From the NCBI GenBank assembly GCA_023133275.1, contig JAGLWU010000021.1, forward strand, positions 1,341-65,340: a stretch of 64,000 nt of DNA, read 5' to 3'. Made by a program: the position numbers and the translations under genes. Shown here piece after piece: positions 30,169-39,508 of the stretch. Each line of letters begins with the position of its first letter. The first letter of the stretch is position 1. The notes under the pieces are model-generated. The model was not told where the DNA came from. It worked only from the letters and a program-made list of their open reading frames with translations, and did not search any database. This stretch comes from Candidatus Moraniibacteriota bacterium (GTDB lineage: Bacteria > Patescibacteriota > Minisyncoccia > Moranbacterales > GCA-2747515).

Positions 30169-31128
30169 TTATTTTGTTAATTCTTTTTTTATTCTAACAA
30201 GTTCCATCGGTTCTGTAAAATTCAAATTTTCCTCGTCAAAAACTAATTCTTCATGTTCCGCACCTTGCTCAGCGAAATATTTAACAATCTCCTGAACACG
30301 ATATTCCGGAGCACTCGCACCCGAAGTCAATCCTAAAATCTTTTTATTTTTAAACCAATTTTCATCAATCTCCCCCACTTCATCAATCAAATAAGTATTC
30401 ACCCCATCATCTCGAGCCAACTCCGCCAAACGATTTGAATTAGAAGAAGTCTTTGAACCCACTACTAAAACTACATCCACATGTTTAACTAATTCTTTAA
30501 CTGCATTTTGCCGATTAGTCGTCGCATAACAAATATCTTCCGCTGGCGGCTCAATAACATTTTTATATTTTTGCTTAATCGCTTCAATAATTTTTTTAGT
30601 TTTATTTATATTTAAAGTTGTTTGAGTTAATATTGCAATTTTTTCATCAGTAGAATATTTTAAATTTTCCACTTCATCAATATTATCTATCACTGGAATT
30701 TGAACATTCATTTTTTCCGCCTCACCCAAAACACCCAAGCCCTCCACATGACCATGATGTCCAATGTAAATAATTTTAAAACCTTCCTTAATATATCGAA
30801 TTATTTCAATGTGAACTTTTGTAACCAATGGACAAGTTGCATCAATCACTTGAATATTTCTTTTTCTCGCTTTTATAAAATGTTCTGGCGGAGATCCGTG
30901 AGCACTAAAAATCGCCACTGTTTCTTCAGGAATTTCCGAAACTTTTTCTACTGTAATCATTCCTTTTTTTTCTAAATCTGAAACGACTGTTTTGTTGTGT
31001 ACAATTTCGTGCTTGACATAAATTGGCGATCCGAAAATTTTCAGGCAATCTTCTACTACTTTTATAGATCGAGTTACTCCTGCACAAAATCCTCGAGGCT
31101 TAACTGTAATTATTTTTTCTATGTTCAT
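30169..31128 (-). CDS. ispH: 4-hydroxy-3-methylbut-2-enyl diphosphate reductase (IspH/LytB)
   Basis: GFCAGVTRSIKVVE, HEIVHNKTVV, ATCPLVTKVH and the three conserved Cys positions of IspH. 319 aa. Confidence 0.9.
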   Translation of the reverse strand: MNIEKIITVKPRGFCAGVTRSIKVVEDCLKIFGSPIYVKHEIVHNKTVVSDLEKKGMITVEKVSEIPEETVAIFSAHGSPPEHFIKARKRNIQVIDATCPLVTKVHIEIIRYIKEGFKIIYIGHHGHVEGLGVLGEAEKMNVQIPVIDNIDEVENLKYSTDEKIAILTQTTLNINKTKKIIEAIKQKYKNVIEPPAEDICYATTNRQNAVKELVKHVDVVLVVGSKTSSNSNRLAELARDDGVNTYLIDEVGEIDENWFKNKKILGLTSGASAPEYRVQEIVKYFAEQGAEHEELVFDEENLNFTEPMELVRIKKELTK

Positions 31129-31295
31129 AAAATTATATTTTTTAAAATTTAACCTTTTTTATTATACTACATAATTTTACTGAATAAATTTATTTCACTT
31201 AATTTAAGTGATCAAAAGAAGAAGTCAAACGAAAAATTTTAAATTTAACTATGATATAATAAAATCAATCTAAAAAATCCTAAACAAAAAAACCA

Positions 31296-32117
31296 ATGAA
31301 AACCAATGAAAAAAATCTCCTCATCGTTGCCTTATTTGGAATAAGTTTTATCTTTATTTGGACATTTTCCAATTACCGAGAAATGAAACAAGAAAAAACC
31401 AAAATCGAAAACCAAAAGATCGAGAAAGAATTTATAAAAACCGAAAAAGAAACTGAAGCAGAATCACTCCCATCAATAACCCCAGCGAAACTAAAAATTA
31501 AAATGTTTAAAGAAAACCCCCCTCTGATTGTCGATACGAGAAGTAACATTCTTTACCAAAAAAGTCACATTCTTAACAGTATTCAATTAAACGATTTAAA
31601 TCCTACTCAAAATAATAAAAATATCGTTTTAGTTACCAATAATGAAAATGATTCCACTCTCGTTTCACTTCACAAATCCTTGACCAGTGCTGGTAATCAA
31701 GTTCACATACTCACTGGCGGACTCGATGCATGGAAAAATTCTGGCGGAACAATAATTTCTTTTGGAGATCCCGAATCATTCATCGATCAATCTAAAGTGA
31801 AATTAGTAGAACCTCGTGATGTCAACAAAGTTCGTACTGAAAATCCTGAAAATATACTTATCATAGATGTTCGCCGAGAAGGAAATTTCAAGAAAAGTCA
31901 TATCCCCAACGCAATAAATATCCCCCTTTTAGAATTAGAAAAAAAACATCGTGATATTTCCATGAAAAAAAATATTTATGTTTACGGAGCTGATGAATTA
32001 ACGAGTTTTAGTGCAGGCGTTATACTTTATGATCTCGGTTTTTTTAATGTAAAAACTATTAACGGTGGTTTTATCGCTTGGGAAAAATATGAGTATCCCG
32101 TTGAAGCTAACAAATAA
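31296..32117 (+). CDS. Tandem rhodanese-like domain protein with N-terminal TM
   Basis: Two rhodanese-fold segments (PLIVDTRSNILYQKSHILNSIQL; ILIIDVRREGNFKKSHIPNAINIP). No catalytic Cys in the active-site loop position (YVYGADELTS), so likely non-catalytic. Confidence 0.6.
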   Translation: MKTNEKNLLIVALFGISFIFIWTFSNYREMKQEKTKIENQKIEKEFIKTEKETEAESLPSITPAKLKIKMFKENPPLIVDTRSNILYQKSHILNSIQLNDLNPTQNNKNIVLVTNNENDSTLVSLHKSLTSAGNQVHILTGGLDAWKNSGGTIISFGDPESFIDQSKVKLVEPRDVNKVRTENPENILIIDVRREGNFKKSHIPNAINIPLLELEKKHRDISMKKNIYVYGADELTSFSAGVILYDLGFFNVKTINGGFIAWEKYEYPVEANK

Positions 32118-32150
32118 GAAGAATTAAAACTTTTTTGTAAAAAATAAAAA

Positions 32151-32325
32151 GTGCTCGCCGCACGGGCTTTTCTGAACAAGAGATTACAACTCCTTGTTGA
32201 AATTCTAAAATATTTTTGTTATCTAAATTTTCCGTTATTTAAGTTTACTGTCATTCTGAACGGATTTAATTCTTCACTACATAATTTTTATTTCATAAAA
32301 ATTACTTCATTCAGAATGACAAATT
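32151..32325. repeat. Mosaic palindromic intergenic repeat element (modules A+B2+C/C' inverted pair), copy R2
   Basis: GTGCTCGCCGCACGGGC at 32151-32167. TTCTGAACAAGAGATTACAACTCCTTGTTGAAATTCTAAAA. CTGTCATTCTGAACGG (32249) and its inverse CATTCAGAATGACA (32308). Confidence 0.8.
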
Positions 32326-32402
32326 AAAATACCAAAAAACAAAAAGAACTAGTTATAAAACTAGTTCCTGCAAAATCATAAAACCACTTATTTCAAAAGA
32401 TA

Positions 32403-32603
32403 CTATTCATCCTTTTCACTTGAATCATTTTTTATTTTAAGATGAGGATGTGTACTTTGAATAATTCTTTTATTCATCTTTCCAAATCTATAAGAAATTC
32501 TACCAGAAGTAATATCTCCTTCCCCAGATCGCTCATCATCAGCTCTCTGCAATTCCTCAGCATCACCTTTTAACTTTGACCAATAATTTTCAAAACTGCT
32601 CAT
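32403..32603 (-). CDS. Small hypothetical protein, translationally coupled to the upstream phosphatase gene
   Basis: 66 aa ORF starting 1 nt after the stop of 32605..35115. Charged, no motif. Confidence 0.3.
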   Translation of the reverse strand: MSSFENYWSKLKGDAEELQRADDERSGEGDITSGRISYRFGKMNKRIIQSTHPHLKIKNDSSEKDE

Positions 32604-32604
32604 A

Positions 32605-35115
32605 CTATTTTTTCTCTAATTTAAATTTTAAAACTTGTTTAGAAGTGTTAACAATAGCCGTTTTAGTTTTTTCATCTATCACAAAAGAAACAGCATTTTT
32701 AATATCATCATGAGTAAACTTATCCATCAATTTTCCCGTACTCTTATTAAATTTATAAATAGTAGCCTCTTCCTTATTCACCAACCACAAATAATTCATC
32801 CTCCCTCTAATATAAACTAAATCACCAACCTGATCATTTTCCAATTTAAAATTATTCTTTTTATACTTAAAAAAAGCCTCAATCTTTTTATTATTAGAAA
32901 CATAAATAGTTCCATTGATAGCAATATTTTTAATATTCGATGTGTCATACTCCTCCTTGAGCCAATTATTTCCCTCGCTAAAACCACCAACTTTTCGAGT
33001 ATGTCGAATAATACCATCATCAGTTACAACATAAAGATTCGTCGTATATGCACCGACAGTTTTAACATTTTTATTATCAATATTTAAACTTTGACTTTCA
33101 AACTTTTTAGAAACTGGACTGAAAGAAAATAATTTATCTTTATCTGTAAGCAAAAAAACTAAATTCAAATCATCCATTACAGTCGCATGTTTTATCGCTC
33201 CAGAATCAGTCGGGAGAGAATATTTAATATTTTCATCATCCAAAATAATTACACTATCTTTCGTAATCGCCACATCATATTTATTCACTTTATCCGCATA
33301 AATCAAAGCCACTCCCTTGTAAATCTCCTCAGGATCATTTATATTCCCCTCAATTTTAGGCTCCTCAACAACATCAACAGCTGGTGCATTTTCATTATTT
33401 TCTTGATTACTATTATCATTTTCAGTTTGAATATTTTCACTTTCTTCGGTTGTTAAATTTTGATCTTTATTTTCCGTATCATTTCCTTTATTATTTATAA
33501 AAATCAATGGAACAGCCAAAATTAGAGCCAACAAAGTTAAACCAATAATTTTATTTTTTCCACTCACTTTTTTCCAAGATTGTTTTGAAACAGTAAAAAA
33601 GCTAAAAGATTTTTTATCAACTGACGGCTTATTTTTTTCTTGTCTCGATTTTGAATGCACATTTTTCACTTTTGTAAAAAACTTATTTGAAATTCCTGTA
33701 AATACTTTTTTCAAAGAAATGGAAGTTTTTCCAAAAAAATTAATTATTCTACCTTGAGAAGATTGTGAACTATTTTTATCTTTAGTTAAAACTGAATTAT
33801 TTTTTTCACTTCGCCTAATTACGTCCAAACTAAATTTACCATCTTCACTATCATTAAACAGTTTTTCTTTTTTATTTTGAACAACATTTATTTTGATTGA
33901 TTTTGAATTACGCTCAATTCCATCTCGCACGCCTATCTCCTTTTTCAATTTGACAATTTCATCATTAACATTAGCTGGCATTACTGAATCAATTTGAGTT
34001 TTATTTTCCTCTTTCCGAGATTCTATAAATTTTTTAATTTTTTTCCTTACCCTTCTAAATTTCTTTTTAGTACCTTCCTTAATATTACGAGTCAAATCTT
34101 TAAAACCATCAGAAATTGATGACCATAATCGATTAGTCCCCTCTTCATCTTCTTCACCCTGCAAATAAATATGCCCTGTTCTCTTGTCAACATATTCACC
34201 CGCCTCCTCATCTTCCATAGCAGATTCAGTTTCATCGTTAATTTTTTTGTCATTTAAATTTTCTTCTTTTTGTTGTTGCTCTTCAATTTCACCCTCAAAA
34301 ACCTGAGCACTAAAAACATTATCAGGAATAGGCATTTCCTCTACTTTTTCCTCATTTGCTTCTTGAATAATATTTCTATTAATATTAACCTCGGCAACTG
34401 GGCTTATTTTTTCATTAATGTCGATTATAGAAGTAACTGCCATTTTACATTCATTGGTAAGAACAGTATTTATAAATTGAACAAAATTATCTCTCCCCAA
34501 TCGCAAAGCATTTCTCTGTAATTCATCAAAAGAAATTAAATCTAACAGCTCAGGTGAAGTAATAATAATTTTATCACCAGCCATCAACTGACCACTTGAA
34601 ATATCTATAAAAGTTTTCAATGGATGTTGTTTAGCTTCATCAGACGTTAACCCTTCGCTAATATCCATTATATTTTCTCCTCGCATCAGTAAAACTGCAG
34701 CTCCACCCGTAACACTAAAATACATATCCGTTTCATCAACTGCACAAACAGCACCATCAATTGATCCTAACCAATCAACATTTCCCACATTAGCAACTTC
34801 CGCTAAAGCTCGGTTGACTCTGTGAAGAGCTGTCTCAAAACTCTCAGCGATCCCTCGTTTCGGAAAAGCAAAATATTCTTTTTTAATTTCGGCGGTTAAA
34901 AAGTTTACTATATTTGCTGAAGATGCTGATGAATCACGAACGATAAAAAAACCTAAAAATGTTCCTAATTTTTTTTGAGTGAAATTAACGCCTTTATGTT
35001 TGAATTGTTCTACGTATGCTCTTCGTTTGGAATTTTGCACAACAAAAACATCGGATACTTCTGCATCTAATAAAGTGTTTTTTTTCTTTTGTGTTATTTG
35101 TTCATCTTTTTTCAT
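32605..35115 (-). CDS. Transmembrane PP2C/SpoIIE-like Ser/Thr phosphatase with acidic linker and extracellular beta-propeller-like domain
   Basis: N-terminal PPM-like core (DGAVCAVDETDMYFSVTGGAAVLLMRG...AGDKIIITSPELLDLISFDELQ). Long charged low-complexity linker. Single TM (KIIGLTLLALILAVPLIF). C-terminal roughly 300 aa beta-rich repeats. Confidence 0.55.
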   Translation of the reverse strand: MKKDEQITQKKKNTLLDAEVSDVFVVQNSKRRAYVEQFKHKGVNFTQKKLGTFLGFFIVRDSSASSANIVNFLTAEIKKEYFAFPKRGIAESFETALHRVNRALAEVANVGNVDWLGSIDGAVCAVDETDMYFSVTGGAAVLLMRGENIMDISEGLTSDEAKQHPLKTFIDISSGQLMAGDKIIITSPELLDLISFDELQRNALRLGRDNFVQFINTVLTNECKMAVTSIIDINEKISPVAEVNINRNIIQEANEEKVEEMPIPDNVFSAQVFEGEIEEQQQKEENLNDKKINDETESAMEDEEAGEYVDKRTGHIYLQGEEDEEGTNRLWSSISDGFKDLTRNIKEGTKKKFRRVRKKIKKFIESRKEENKTQIDSVMPANVNDEIVKLKKEIGVRDGIERNSKSIKINVVQNKKEKLFNDSEDGKFSLDVIRRSEKNNSVLTKDKNSSQSSQGRIINFFGKTSISLKKVFTGISNKFFTKVKNVHSKSRQEKNKPSVDKKSFSFFTVSKQSWKKVSGKNKIIGLTLLALILAVPLIFINNKGNDTENKDQNLTTEESENIQTENDNSNQENNENAPAVDVVEEPKIEGNINDPEEIYKGVALIYADKVNKYDVAITKDSVIILDDENIKYSLPTDSGAIKHATVMDDLNLVFLLTDKDKLFSFSPVSKKFESQSLNIDNKNVKTVGAYTTNLYVVTDDGIIRHTRKVGGFSEGNNWLKEEYDTSNIKNIAINGTIYVSNNKKIEAFFKYKKNNFKLENDQVGDLVYIRGRMNYLWLVNKEEATIYKFNKSTGKLMDKFTHDDIKNAVSFVIDEKTKTAIVNTSKQVLKFKLEKK

Positions 35116-35221
35116 TTTGTATTAGTCTACTTTAAATTATACAGAATTTTTTTGATCTTGACAAAGCCTGTTAATTATTTGAATGTTAAAAAATATAATA
35201 ATTAAATTGTAACATAAAAAA

Positions 35222-35256
35222 TTGACTTGACATAATAATAATAATATAAATTTACA
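35222..35256 (+). promoter_or_regulatory. Promoter cassette copy a: TTGACtTGACA + (AAT)4 + TATAAAT
   Basis: cTTGACAtaataataataatataaat. Same cassette at 44122, 52582, 57121 and 62421. Confidence 0.55.
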
Positions 35257-35300
35257 CTGGAGCTTTAGTTATCATACTAACTTTTACCAAAGAGGATGTT

Positions 35301-35645
35301 ATGAAAACATTTACTAAAACTGAATATTTCTTTCAGCAAGTTCTTTTGAGTATCAAAGAGTTAAAAAAAAGAACTTTTAGCCCAGGTATTAAAGTGACGC
35401 GTTTTTATGAAAAAAATAAATGTACAGGGATCTCGATGAATTTCATCGAGATAAATGGGAGGCATGAGGAAATAAAAGAAATTGAAGAAAGTATTGAAAT
35501 AAACTGTCCAATGAAATATTGGGAATGCAACAACGCATTTTTCAATTATCAAGGTTTTCATAATTCTCCAAATCGAAGTTATCCAAAATTTGGAAAAACC
35601 GAGGATGGAAGAAGTTGGGAATCACAACTTCAAGTTCCTATGTAG
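35301..35645 (+). CDS. Hypothetical small Cys-containing protein (cassette-driven ORF a)
   Basis: 114 aa. AGAGGA RBS-like sequence. Followed by the terminator at 35666-35707. Confidence 0.45.
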   Translation: MKTFTKTEYFFQQVLLSIKELKKRTFSPGIKVTRFYEKNKCTGISMNFIEINGRHEEIKEIEESIEINCPMKYWECNNAFFNYQGFHNSPNRSYPKFGKTEDGRSWESQLQVPM

Positions 35646-35665
35646 CTGACTACAACCAGCAAAAA

Positions 35666-35707
35666 GCCCGCAAACCTCGAAAGGAATGCGGGCATCTTTT
35701 ATTTTTG
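35666..35707 (+). terminator. Rho-independent terminator
   Basis: GCCCGCA-aacctcgaaaggaa-TGCGGGC followed by ATCTTTTATTTTTG. Confidence 0.7.
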
Positions 35708-35736
35708 AATCTTAAAAACTTTTTACTTTAAATTTC

Positions 35737-36924
35737 CTAACTAATTATAATCTTCCGAAAAAACTTTTTCCCAACTTTCAAAACTTTTTCATTGTCATTT
35801 TCAGAAATAATATATTTTACATCAGAAACTTTTTCACCATCAATAGAAACACCACCTTGTTCAATCTTCCGCCTCGCATCACCTTTACTATTTGCTCCAC
35901 CAGAATTAACCAAAAAATCTAAAATACTTTCACCATTTTTAACTTTAAATTTCTCAACATCATCAACAACATTCTTTTCAATAAATTTCTTTCGCAAAAA
36001 TTCCGTTTCGCCACCTGCAATTTTCTCATCATAATAAATAGAAATAATAGCTTGAGCCAATTTAATTTTCTGCTTCCGTTTATCCTCTATTTTTAAAATT
36101 TCCGCAACTTCGCCCAAATCAATCCGTGTACAATGCACAAAATAATCCTCAATAACATCATCAGGCATGTTCATAATTTTCTCACCCATCTCCCTCGCAG
36201 GATCCGTAAGATTAATCGTATTTCCCCAACTACTACTCATCTTCCGACCATCCATCCCAGAAATAATATTAGTCATTATAATATCTTGTGGCTCTTGATC
36301 AAATTTACCCTGCAAAGTTCGCCCCGCCAAAAGATTGAAACGCTGATCAGTTCCACCCAATTCAACATCCGCCCGCACAGCTACACTGTCATAGCCCTGC
36401 ATTAACGGATATAAAACTTCACGCAAAGAAACTCGCTTCCCCGCGTCTAAACGCTTCTTAATATTATCTCGAGAAATAAATTCATGCACAGAAAAACAAT
36501 CAGCATGTTCACCAATTTCTTTGTAACTCAATTTATCTAACCAATCTGCATTATAAACAACTTCAACTTTTTTAATGTCTAAAATTTTTGCCGCCTGTTC
36601 TTTATAGCTTTTCATATTTTCTTCAACCATTTCATGAGTTAACATTGGTCGCTCCGAATCTTTATCAGAAGTATCACCAATCACACCCGTCGCATTTCCA
36701 ACAAGTAAAACAATTTGATGACCAAGTTTTTGAAAGTCTAAAAGCTTAAGTAAAGGCACAGCTCTTCCCAAATGCAAATTTGAACTTGTCGGATCAATTC
36801 CAAATTTAATTCTCAATTTTTCTCCAGACAAAAGTTTTTTTCGTAAATTTTCTTTTCCAATAATCTCATCCGCTCCCCGCTCTAAAATTTCATCAACTTT
36901 TTTTTCCAATTCTTTTTTATCCAT
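35737..36924 (-). CDS. tyrS: Tyrosyl-tRNA synthetase with C-terminal S4 domain
   Basis: Class I HIGH-type motif (SSNLHLGRAV). KMSKS variant (KMSSS). GTDQ. C-terminal S4-like RRKIEQGGVSIDGEKV. Confidence 0.9.
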   Translation of the reverse strand: MDKKELEKKVDEILERGADEIIGKENLRKKLLSGEKLRIKFGIDPTSSNLHLGRAVPLLKLLDFQKLGHQIVLLVGNATGVIGDTSDKDSERPMLTHEMVEENMKSYKEQAAKILDIKKVEVVYNADWLDKLSYKEIGEHADCFSVHEFISRDNIKKRLDAGKRVSLREVLYPLMQGYDSVAVRADVELGGTDQRFNLLAGRTLQGKFDQEPQDIIMTNIISGMDGRKMSSSWGNTINLTDPAREMGEKIMNMPDDVIEDYFVHCTRIDLGEVAEILKIEDKRKQKIKLAQAIISIYYDEKIAGGETEFLRKKFIEKNVVDDVEKFKVKNGESILDFLVNSGGANSKGDARRKIEQGGVSIDGEKVSDVKYIISENDNEKVLKVGKKFFRKIIIS

Positions 36925-37008
36925 ACAATATCAATTAACTTATTTTCTAATTCGTAGAGACAAGGCATGCCTTGTCTCTACAGTCAAAAAACAATTCGAA
37001 TTACCAAT

Positions 37009-37584
37009 CTAATAATTTTCCACAAAAAGTTCAAAGTGAGCCTGCGAATGAGCACATGACGGGCATTCCTCTAAAGCATCAGTTCCCTCATGTAAATAAC
37101 CACAATTTTGACATTTCCAAATAACTTTCTCCTCCCGTTTAAAAACCTTTCCGTTCTCAACATTTGCCAACAACTTCAAATAACGAGTTTCATGAGCCTT
37201 TTCAACTTTCGCGATATTTCGCCAAACCATCGCAATATCCACAAAACCCTCTTCCTCCGCAATATCCGCAAAAGCTGGATACAATTCCGTCCATTCTTCA
37301 TTTTCACCTTCAACCGACGCTTTCAAATTTTCCGCAGTCGTTCCAATTTTTCCCGCTGGATAAGTTGCTGTAATTTCCACCATTCGCCCTTCTAAAAACT
37401 TAAAAAAACGTTTTGCATGTTCTTTTTCATTTAAAGCTGTTTCTGCAAAAAATACTGAGATTTGTTCAAAGCCGTCTTTTTTCGCCTGCTTTGAAAAATA
37501 GTCATAACGCATCCGAGCTTGTGATTCTCCTGCAAATGATTTTAATAAATTTTGCTCCGTCTGTGTTCCTTTTAAACTTTCCAT
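37009..37584 (-). CDS. rbr: Rubrerythrin
   Basis: Ferritin-like diiron four-helix region (EKEHAKRF...EGENEEWTELY...EKAHETRY). C-terminal rubredoxin-like CQNCGY...CPSC. Confidence 0.85.
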   Translation of the reverse strand: MESLKGTQTEQNLLKSFAGESQARMRYDYFSKQAKKDGFEQISVFFAETALNEKEHAKRFFKFLEGRMVEITATYPAGKIGTTAENLKASVEGENEEWTELYPAFADIAEEEGFVDIAMVWRNIAKVEKAHETRYLKLLANVENGKVFKREEKVIWKCQNCGYLHEGTDALEECPSCAHSQAHFELFVENY

Positions 37585-37663
37585 AGTTTTATTTTTTAAT
37601 AATTATTTTACTGTAATTAATAGTATCATCTCTTGAAAAATAAATAAAGAGAGAAAATTTCAT

Positions 37664-37692
37664 TTGACTTATTTTAAAAATTTAGTTATATT
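37664..37692 (+). promoter_or_regulatory. Canonical sigma70-type promoter for the 28-aa peptide gene
   Basis: TTGACT (37664-37669), a 17-nt spacer, then TATATT (37687-37692). SD AAGGAGG lies 6 nt before the ATG. Confidence 0.6.
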
Positions 37693-37726
37693 TACTTATC
37701 ATCAAAAAAATAAAAGGAGGCACATT

Positions 37727-37813
37727 ATGGATTTTGGAGAATGGATCCTGCTCACTGTTGCAACACCAATAATAGCGTACACACTGTATCGTGTTTTCAC
37801 TCTTAAAGGGTGA
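37727..37813 (+). CDS. 28-aa hydrophobic peptide (type I toxin-like small membrane protein)
   Basis: MDFGEWILLTVATPIIAYTLYRVFTLKG. Perfect SD. Noticeably higher GC than its surroundings. An antisense ORF-like frame on the minus strand. Confidence 0.5.
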   Translation: MDFGEWILLTVATPIIAYTLYRVFTLKG

Positions 37814-37916
37814 ACTCCTGATGAATGTTCCTCAGGTGAAGAACAAAAAGACAATAACGCATGAGTTGCCAGCAGTTTGTAACACATGCATTTTTTAATT
37901 TATTTTCAAAAAAAGT

Positions 37917-37960
37917 GCTCGCCACACAGGTTTTTAAAACTACAAGCCCAATTTAAACAA
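37917..37960. repeat. Repeat module A2 (GTGCTCGCCACAnnnnTTTTnAAAAnTACAAGnC), copy R3
   Basis: About 80% identical to 56090-56135. Confidence 0.6.
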
Positions 37961-38398
37961 ACTTAAGTCACCACTTAATTCACTCTTTATCAAACTTTCA
38001 ATATTAATATTATCAGCTAATTTTATATTAAAATTAAAAGTAAAATTATCTTTAGCCTCTTTATCATCTCTTTCAATACCTTCTATTATATCTACACCAT
38101 GAGCTATAACATGAATATTATAAAATATTTCTCTACCATCTTTTGAAAAAAAATTATAAGAAATAAATCCTTTTTCCTCAAGATATTGTAAAGAATTATA
38201 AAGATTATAGAAGTTATTATCAGATATAATTAATAAATCCTTTTCTTCATCTTTCAATGGCTCAAATTTTAATTCATCTTTATCATTTATGAATTCAAGA
38301 TCAAAATTTAAACTAATATCATTTTCAATCCCTCTTCTACGTTTACGTTCATAAAAATACAAAAGTAAATCACCCGAAATTTTCTTAATCGTTTTCAT
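37940..38398 (-). CDS. Hypothetical protein
   Basis: 152 aa ORF. No motif recognised. Confidence 0.4.
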   Translation of the reverse strand: MKTIKKISGDLLLYFYERKRRRGIENDISLNFDLEFINDKDELKFEPLKDEEKDLLIISDNNFYNLYNSLQYLEEKGFISYNFFSKDGREIFYNIHVIAHGVDIIEGIERDDKEAKDNFTFNFNIKLADNINIESLIKSELSGDLSLFKLGL

Positions 38399-38423
38399 AA
38401 AATCTAAATTATTAATTACAAAT

Positions 38424-39473
38424 TTATTTAATCACTAACTTTTCAATCCCCAGCATCTCTTCCCCAATCAAAAAACTCAACATCGCACCACCACCAGTCG
38501 ACACAAAAGAAATATCCTCCCAATAACCACTCTCCGCCAAAGCCTGCACACTCTCCCCACCACCAATCAAACTAAAAGCATCTTTATTCCCCGCTACAAA
38601 CTTAACCAATTCCCGAGTTCCAATATCATAAGGCTTTTCCTCAAATTTACCCATCGGACCATTCCACACAATCGTTTTCGCCTGCTCAATTTTTTCCCGA
38701 AAAAGCTCAATCGTTTTTGGACCAATATCCAAAGTTTCGCCCGTAAAATCCACTGGCAAAATAACCTTTTCCGAAAAATTAATCCCCTGTTCAATTGCTT
38801 CAACCGCCACTCGTCCACCAACCAAAACATAATTATAACTTTTTTCAAACATCTTAATCAAAGGTAATTTAGTCGCAATTTTTGACCCACCAATAATCGC
38901 CACCGCTGGACGTTTTTGTAAATTTTTAACTTTTTCTAAATTTTCAATTTCCTTTTGTAACCAAATTCCACCAAATGATGGAAGAATATCAGTAATTACA
39001 TAAAGAGACGCATGTCCACGATGATCAACGCCAAAAGAATCATTCACATAAATATCAAATGGTTCAGCCAACTTTTTTGCAAATTTAACATCACCTTTTT
39101 TCTCGCCAGAATAAAAACGAACATTTTCCAAAAGAATAATTTGATTTTCACCATTTTCAATTTCACCTTTCACTTTTTCACCAATACAATCATTCGCAAA
39201 AAAAACTTTTCTTTTCAAAATTCTTTCAACATCGTCAGCAATTTGTTTTACCGAAAATTCTGGTTTAATCTCACCATCCGGACGACCAAAATGAGTCAAC
39301 AAAGCAATTTTTCTCGCTCCATTTTCAATTAACCATTCTAAACTTTCTTTGGCAGCAAGAATTTTATGCGACTCAATCACATCACCTTTTTCATCAAGCG
39401 AAACATTAAAATCAACTCTCAATAAAACATTTTTTCCATTCACATCAGCGTTTTGTATTTTTTTAATATTCAT
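38424..39473 (-). CDS. pgk: Phosphoglycerate kinase
   Basis: N-terminal LLRVDFNVSL. Substrate-binding and hinge motifs. C-terminal IGGGESVQA...GGGAML. Start set at the internal ATG (MNIKKIQ...). The longer ORF would overlap dfx. Confidence 0.85.
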   Translation of the reverse strand: MNIKKIQNADVNGKNVLLRVDFNVSLDEKGDVIESHKILAAKESLEWLIENGARKIALLTHFGRPDGEIKPEFSVKQIADDVERILKRKVFFANDCIGEKVKGEIENGENQIILLENVRFYSGEKKGDVKFAKKLAEPFDIYVNDSFGVDHRGHASLYVITDILPSFGGIWLQKEIENLEKVKNLQKRPAVAIIGGSKIATKLPLIKMFEKSYNYVLVGGRVAVEAIEQGINFSEKVILPVDFTGETLDIGPKTIELFREKIEQAKTIVWNGPMGKFEEKPYDIGTRELVKFVAGNKDAFSLIGGGESVQALAESGYWEDISFVSTGGGAMLSFLIGEEMLGIEKLVIK

Positions 39474-39508
39474 AAATATTCTAAATTTAAAAAATTTATC
39501 ATTAAAAA

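Noticed and set aside
36948-36973. The palindrome TAGAGACAAGGCATGCCTTGTCTCTA as a rho-independent terminator for rbr
   Set aside because: On the minus-strand transcript the U-run precedes rather than follows the hairpin. On the plus strand no gene ends there. Treated as a possible operator or structural element instead.
37702-37887. Minus-strand 61-aa ORF antisense to the 28-aa peptide gene as a protein-coding gene
   Set aside because: No RBS and an odd composition. More plausibly non-coding or an antisense RNA footprint. Kept only as a note under the toxin-like finding.
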